Positions 58,201-64,000 of a stretch of DNA of 64,000 nucleotides are shown here, one piece after another (the stretch's first letter is position 1; each line of letters opens with the position of its first letter). The notes under the pieces were generated by a model. That model ran no database searches. It was not told where the DNA came from and saw only the letters and a list, made by a program, of their open reading frames with translations. The DNA is from Chlorokybus atmophyticus (lineage: Eukaryota; Plantae; Mesostigma and Chlorokybus algae), in contig RHPI01002402.1 in the NCBI GenBank assembly GCA_009103225.1, positions 434,001-498,000 on the forward strand, read 5' to 3'. Made by a program: the position numbers and the translations under genes.

Positions 58201-61066
58201 TCACAAGGAATTTGCCGGAAATCCCTCACTGTACACAGCTGGCGACATGTGCTACCTGCCAGCTGCTGGCACTTTTGCAACATCCACACCCATCACCAAC
58301 ACGGATGCAGGAGGCTTTTCCGGCAAGCCTTGCTGTTCCATGACCTTAGAGAGCCGCTGACTTCGCTGGAGGGTGCTTGGGACCAACCCAGACTCTTTGC
58401 AAGTGCCAATCAGCAGGTCCTGCCAGCAGTCAGACAGTTGGTTGCACGTGATCTGCAGCTGCCACACAGTGCAAGTTTCCTCAAACTTCAGACTTACCAA
58501 CAAGTCTCCGTCTGCATTTGTGGCGTCTGTGTTGAATGCAGTACTGTACTGGGGCTGGCCTGTGCTGAGGGCTCGCGCTTGTGTGCAAGCTGCTAGCACG
58601 GCCGCAGGAGGAGAGAGCAGTGTGGGAAAAGCTGCAAGTTGCGGCAGCACATCAGAGACCAGCTTTGTGATGTCTTCCTGGGACGTTGCTTGCTGAATTG
58701 AGAAGGCTTGATCCTGTTGAGGCAATTGTTGATGAAGAAGCCCGACCAACGCAGCTGGGATTGTGTTCAGCAGCACAGTCAGCCGCAACTCCAAGCTCCC
58801 TGCACCCAGCTTTCCCTGCAAGAAGTATGCGTCAGCAATGGTGAATTAACTGCAGAGCAATGTTGCACTGTGGCAGGAGTATACCCTCTGGACCATCCGC
58901 AGAGCTGCTATCCACAAAGACGCAATAACTTGTTGCCAGCTGTCACCGGTGACCATCTTTGTAGTAACAATCTCTTTAGCTAGTTGCTGTGCTGCAGGCA
59001 CCATCCACTGCCTGGTGTCCAGGACGAGACGCTCCACCAGCACTTCTGAGAGCATTGCCGACACGCTGGTCTGCACACTTCCTAAGCTACCTTTGGTTAG
59101 AGACCTGCAGCAACCATATAATGAGTTGCACTGAGCATGCTTGTAACACCAACAAGCTGTCTGCAACACATTGCCGCAGGGTGTCAGCACCTGTCTTTGG
59201 TAGTTGCCAACAGTTGCACTGAGGGCAACTCACGCCATAGCTGGTTGCCAAAAAGGTTGCGTATAGCAGTGTTTACGCGCTGTATACACACACCAATGTA
59301 AGCTCAACGTCAGGCCTGAAAGATGGCAGACTGCTGGGAATTGGCAGTGATTGCTCATCTTGCGTCCAGTCATTACTGCAAAGAAACTGGACACAAGAGG
59401 CTCAGCCCCTACCCACCTCTATTGCAGCCATGAGAGGTGACAAAGGTCTTGATTGGAACGATGGCAGCGCCTGCAAGTTGCGTATCTTCTCTTCAAACTC
59501 CTGCCACTCCTGTGGGCTATCAACCGGAGTTTGCCCTCCACTGACCAAGACGCTAACTTGTCCAGAGACGTACGGCAGACGCACCAGCTGCGCGATGCGA
59601 TCCATAACAGCCTCGCACTCTTGGGCTTTAGCATGATTGCAGCGATGAGTGCTGCGGCGCGCATGGTGTTGTGGCTTGCTAGATCTGCATCATCTGGCGT
59701 CCTGAACTGTTGTGCAGTTGAAAGTAAGTATCCTCAAACACAGAAGGACATGCGTATGCAAGCAGGGCGTTAGCACAGAACCTCACCTCTTTAAGCTCTC
59801 TCCAGTCCTCAGAAGTTGCGGAGACAATCTGAGCAGTCAACTTCAGGAGGACCGCGGTCACACTGTTGCATGAGGAGTCGTCAAAGCTGCACTTCATACT
59901 TGCATCATGGTCAACCAGCATGGCGGCCTCCCCAGCAGTGACCCGAGTGAGGCTGTAAAAGCCACATTAGATGAGCTGTGGCATGCACAAAAGCAGTTCG
60001 GAATGACCTGAAGATGACTATTACAGTAAGCACTTACTCAGCAGCATCTGCCTCAGGTGATAACCTTGGCGCAAATGCAGCAGCCATCACCAAAAAAGCC
60101 TCGTACAATTGTGGCTTCTGTTTGCGCAATGGCAGGACCCTATCAAACACAGCACAAGATGAATCTCGGTTGGAAACTTGCATGACAGTGTGCAGCTGGC
60201 ATACAATCTGCAGGCCTTGCACGTGCAAAAGCATATGTTGAGCAGCACTTGCATGCTACCCTGGTGCAGTGCATTATAGTCAGCAATGCACCCACCTTTC
60301 CGGCAGTATAGAAAACACATACAGCCCCGAAACGAGCCCGGTGCCCAAAGCATGCTGCAAGTATGAGACCAGCAATGCAGACGCTGGAAGGTCGTGGCAG
60401 AAACGGTTGATGAGCAAGTCGGCAACCTGCAGACCACTCACTGTTTAGTAAGCATTGTGGCTCCATGTCAGCAGCATGAAAGCAAGCCAGTACGTCGCTG
60501 CAGTGCACTATCATGCGCATGGCGTTGTGTCAAAAAGGAACATCAGCCGACGTGAGGAGTGTCCATGGTGTATGTGCGTAGGTACGAGTGGGCTTAAGCG
60601 TGGGTTTGCCTTTTTTTTGGGTTTGTTTTGGTGTGGGANNNNNNNNNNNNNNNNNNNNNNNNNNNNNNNNNNNNNNNNNNNNNNNNNNNNNNNNNNNNNN
60701 NNNNNNNNNNNNNNNNNNNNNNNNNNNNNNNNNNNNNNNNNNNNNNNNNNNNNNNNNNNNNNNNNNGGGGGGGGGGGCATGCATGCAGAGCGTACACGCG
60801 AGCGAGGCAGCTCTAGAGTCACTGTGCTTTACCCCTGTATGCAAACTAGCTACCGAGACGAATGCGAACGAGCAGTCAGGCAAGAACCCTTCGACAAGCA
60901 CACACACCTCGCGACTGGGAAGCTGAGACCCAAGTCGTTCAAGGCAGCCGCGTGTGTCAACAACCCAAGCAGCAGCCACATTGCCCGCCTTCCAGCTGCG
61001 CTCCAGCACCTTCTCCACCTCCTGAGCCACCCGCTGCTCCTGCTGCGGCGGCAGGCTAGGCGCCAT
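55232..61066 (-). CDS. MED33: Mediator tail subunit MED33/MED5 (REF4/RFR1-like); intron 1 spans the assembly gap
   Basis: SWQQVIASLWIAALRMVQR, LAAALVPICDVFG, AIFSSALLLLMRML, WEILLIAPAVVREALMACA and AVTAFLCTEAHAGDW align by eye with plant MED33 blocks; exon 1 MAPSLPPQQEQRVAQEVEKVLERSWK. Confidence 0.8.
60639..60766. other. Assembly gap (128 N)
   Basis: Run of n characters flanked by G-rich sequence. Confidence 0.99.
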
Positions 61067-61497
61067 TGCGCCGCCTTGTCCACAGGCCAAGCCCCTCAGC
61101 TCAGGTGCGCACGACACAACAATTAACCTAACGCCCACGCCATCAACGCCACCGCCGCCACCAGCGACGTCCCCGCCCACTAATCCACTGATCTTATTGA
61201 TCCCTCACTGATCCTGTGACACAGATGTTGCGCCAGTGCATTGTCGTGGGAAGTGATCCGACCGAATCAAGAGTGATCCATGTGCGTTGTGTTCACTGTG
61301 ATCAGTGGGTCCTTTTCCCGCCACCGTTCAATTTGATCGCTTGCTTGCGGCAGCTGCAGTGGCGGGCGGCGGAGGAGGAGGAGGAGGAGGAGAGAGCGAT
61401 GGGTTGCTGGAGGTTGACACGAGGAGGAGGAGGTGCTGGCCATGAGGGGCAACAGCTGCAGCTGCTTCAGTAGCAGTCAGCGGTAGATCTGCATACA

Positions 61498-64000
61498 ATG
61501 GCAGTGGACGAGGTGAGAACGCTGCGGGCGGAGCTCAAGGCGTGGGAGAAGGCGTTCAAAGCGGAGCATGGACGATGCCCAACAAAGATGGACGTCGATG
61601 GAGTGCCTGACATAAGTGAGTACTCAGTTTCATTGTCGCTGTCTGAATGAATTGCGCAGCAGCATTCCTCGTGTCGCCGACGCCAACGTGGTTCTGGCAC
61701 TGAATTGGCGCTGATTGTGCTTATATACCTCGGCAGCTTTGGTCAATCTTTGAAGTTGCGTGCAGCTGCCCAGACTGCTGAATCAGTGGCATGCATACAC
61801 TGCACATGGCACCGTGCACCTCGAGGCATGCAACACTGGTCACATGCAGTCCCATAGTTGCAGATCACTGCGAGCCTCCGGGCTCAGTTTGCGTGTGATC
61901 ACGCGGGATTGCGCCAACGAACATACCTATATATTGGTCATTTAAGCACGTCCACAAAGAATAATTGCGCAAATAGACTGCATTTTTGCACAATGGCAGA
62001 AGCTCAACCTTGCAATCCCAGCGTGCACTTTTTTCTATGCAAATTGCAGCCTGCATGCTGCAAAAACTGTGGTTGCTAGCTTCTGGTTTGTGTCATATAT
62101 AAGGTGTTCAAGACAGTTGCCATTGTGCGCACAGTGAACTGCTAGGCTGGTGACATCAAGGTAGATGCTGGGTTCATACAGCTTGCAGCCCCTTACCATA
62201 TGGAACACAGTTTCAAGGCCCAATGCATTGCACTCCTGCAGGGAGGAAGTATAGAAAGTACCAGTCCTATCGAGAGAACGAAAATGTTGCTACTCGCGAA
62301 GCGTCACAGGTACTGTTACACAAGTTGCTTACCTGTGTGGGACGCCAGATATGTATTTATGCAGCTGCAGCATCAGGTTGTACTGCAGATTACAAACTCT
62401 GTTGTTTGCTCGCAGCGCATTGCACTTCGTCGGCCAGCATGCAAAGCACGCCTATTTCGTCAAGCACCTTCTCCCGTAGCACGACAAGTTGTAGTGCTTG
62501 CTGCTTCTTCACACGTTACCACTAGCTCTGACGGAGGCTCACACGTGTCGGCAACTCCTCTATGCAAGCGCCGCAAGTCCAGTGGTGCAACACCGACATC
62601 ACACTGCATTGAGCAACCTGGTGTTTCTAAGACGCGTTTCCCAGACATCAGGCCCTTGCTGTTAACCTTTGTCAAAGCCGAATCGCCACAAGCACCTGCA
62701 CCTGCTGTTGAGACTGGCATCAAGTCTCCTGAGGAGCAGCCTTGCAAGCTGGACAACTCTGCAGAGCTTAATAAACTTACTGCTCTTGCCACTGTATCCA
62801 GGCCTGTCTTTGGGATGTCGCCAAAACAGTTCAGCGTGTGTCACCGTCGCGGTACAGCAGGTTCGGGTGCTGTAAGAGTTCCTCTCAGTGATGTGGCAGC
62901 TGCTGGGTGCTTTGCTGTTCGTGCGTCACCCATACGCGTACACATGCCTGCCCACCTGCCGACAGTGAAAGAGGATTGCGAGCTTAGTGCAGACCAAGAT
63001 TATGAAGATTGCCAAGAGCTGATGGATAATCCTCTTGAGTTCAGCCAGCCAACTTTGCCAATACAGCTGAAGCCGCGGCGTGTGTTCAACAGCAAGGATA
63101 CTCATATGGCGCCGGATGTGCGCAGTCCAGTAGACGATGCTGTTGTAGCTGCCGTTGTGCAGTCGCATGCCTGTGTTGAGGAACCGGCCGGTCCACCTCA
63201 GCAGACAGTTGCCGCTAGCACGCGAGACCAAGATGCTGGTACTGCCAGCCTCCCTGCCCATGTTCAATCTATGACCCGGCCAGATCTGATACACCAGCTC
63301 GCATTGCGAGGCGTGTTTGGCATGCAACGAGTGCGCAAAGCAGAGCTGCTAAGCCGCTTAGCAAGCTCGTCGCAGAACAACAATACCACGGTAATTGAAC
63401 CAACCAAAGCCACTACCAGGCCACGTCGGTTAAGAGAAACGGCTGCCAACTGTCCTCCAGCGCAAGCACAGTGCACTCCTCCTCAGGGTGTATATAACAG
63501 CCCACACACACCTGCTGCGGAGAGTCCGATAAGGCTGAGATCTAGAAGGCAGCGGCTGAGGCAATCAAGTCCAGCTACTCCTGCAGTTACCAGGGAGGGA
63601 GCACAAGGCCAAGATGATGCTCTCACGAAGAAGCAAAACACAGCACCTGCCAGACCCGCTGCTAGTTATCCTCCAACACAAGCACAATGCACCCCTCGGG
63701 ATGTACAAAACAGCGCACCTGCCGCGGAGAGTCCGATGACACTCAGGTCTGGAAGGCAGCAGCTGAGGCCCTCAAGCCCAGCTACTCCTGCAGATACCAG
63801 TGAGGATGCACAAGGCCAAGATGATGCTCTCACGAAGAAGCTAAGCACAGCACCTGCCAGACTCGCTGCTAGTTGTCCTCCAACACAAGCACAGTGCACC
63901 CCTCAGGATGTACAAAGCAGCCCGCCTGCTGCGGAGAGTCCAATGAAACTGAGGTCTGGAAGGCAGCGGCTGAGGCACTCAAGTCCGGCTACTCCTGCGG
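61498..64000 (+). CDS. Sld2/RECQL4 N-terminal-domain protein, truncated by the window edge
   Basis: Exons 61498-61615 and 62242-62309 give LRAELKAWEKAFKAEHGRCPTKMDVDGVPDIRRKYRKY, like the Drc1-Sld2/RECQL4 N-terminal motif. A third exon from 62416 stays open to 64000 and is absent from the ORF track because it has no stop in the window. Confidence 0.75.
63451..64000 (+). repeat. Coding tandem repeat, units of 216 and 207 bp plus a partial third copy
   Basis: Units start at 63451, 63667 and 63874 and share CTP...PAAESP.+LRS.RQ.LR.SSPATPA...AQGQDDALTKK..TAPAR.AAS. Confidence 0.95.

Noticed and set aside
60455-61180. ORFs spanning the N run
   Set aside because: Artefacts of translating through the gap; only 61066 to about 60908 (MED33 exon 1) is supported
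63451-64000. Regularly spaced repeats as a CRISPR-like or satellite array
   Set aside because: Units are 207-216 bp, contiguous with no unique spacers, and preserve an open reading frame; they are a coding repeat in a eukaryotic gene

Overview
Gene-dense, intron-rich eukaryotic nuclear DNA from a green alga. Several proteins (GCN1/ILITYHIA, MED33, CXC/TSO1, phage-type RpoT) read as plant-like, so an early-diverging streptophyte or prasinophyte alga is likely; this is inferred and the species cannot be named from sequence. I hand-spliced 14 recognisable protein-coding genes. In order: 3' end of an MDR/ZADH2-type oxidoreductase, ESS2/DGCR14, CCT6, an RSP14-like ARM protein, GCN1, a CXC/LIN54-TSO1 protein, cactin, a TM plus J-domain protein, a G-patch/C2H2 protein, an ML/NPC2 protein, GCP5, mitochondrial RpoT, a KANSL3/Tex30-type hydrolase and MED33. 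A fifteenth gene, with an Sld2/RECQL4-type N-terminus, is truncated by the window edge. There is also one tRNA-Ile(AAT), a ~2.5 kb AT-rich island and a 128-nt assembly gap. Most ORF-track entries are exon-plus-intron read-throughs or antisense shadows. I found no rRNA, CRISPR array or prokaryotic system. The most interesting observations are: (1) the Sld2-domain protein, with an HeH/Rho_N-like motif and a 69-72-aa tandem repeat packed with CDK sites; (2) an unannotated spliced candidate gene for a small secreted Cys-rich protein; (3) a tRNA and an in-frame micro-uORF directly upstream of GCN1; (4) start codons of cactin and the J-protein only 76 bp apart; (5) four GC-AG introns; (6) the AT-rich island with possible transposon relics. 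All exon structures are manual predictions without transcript evidence.
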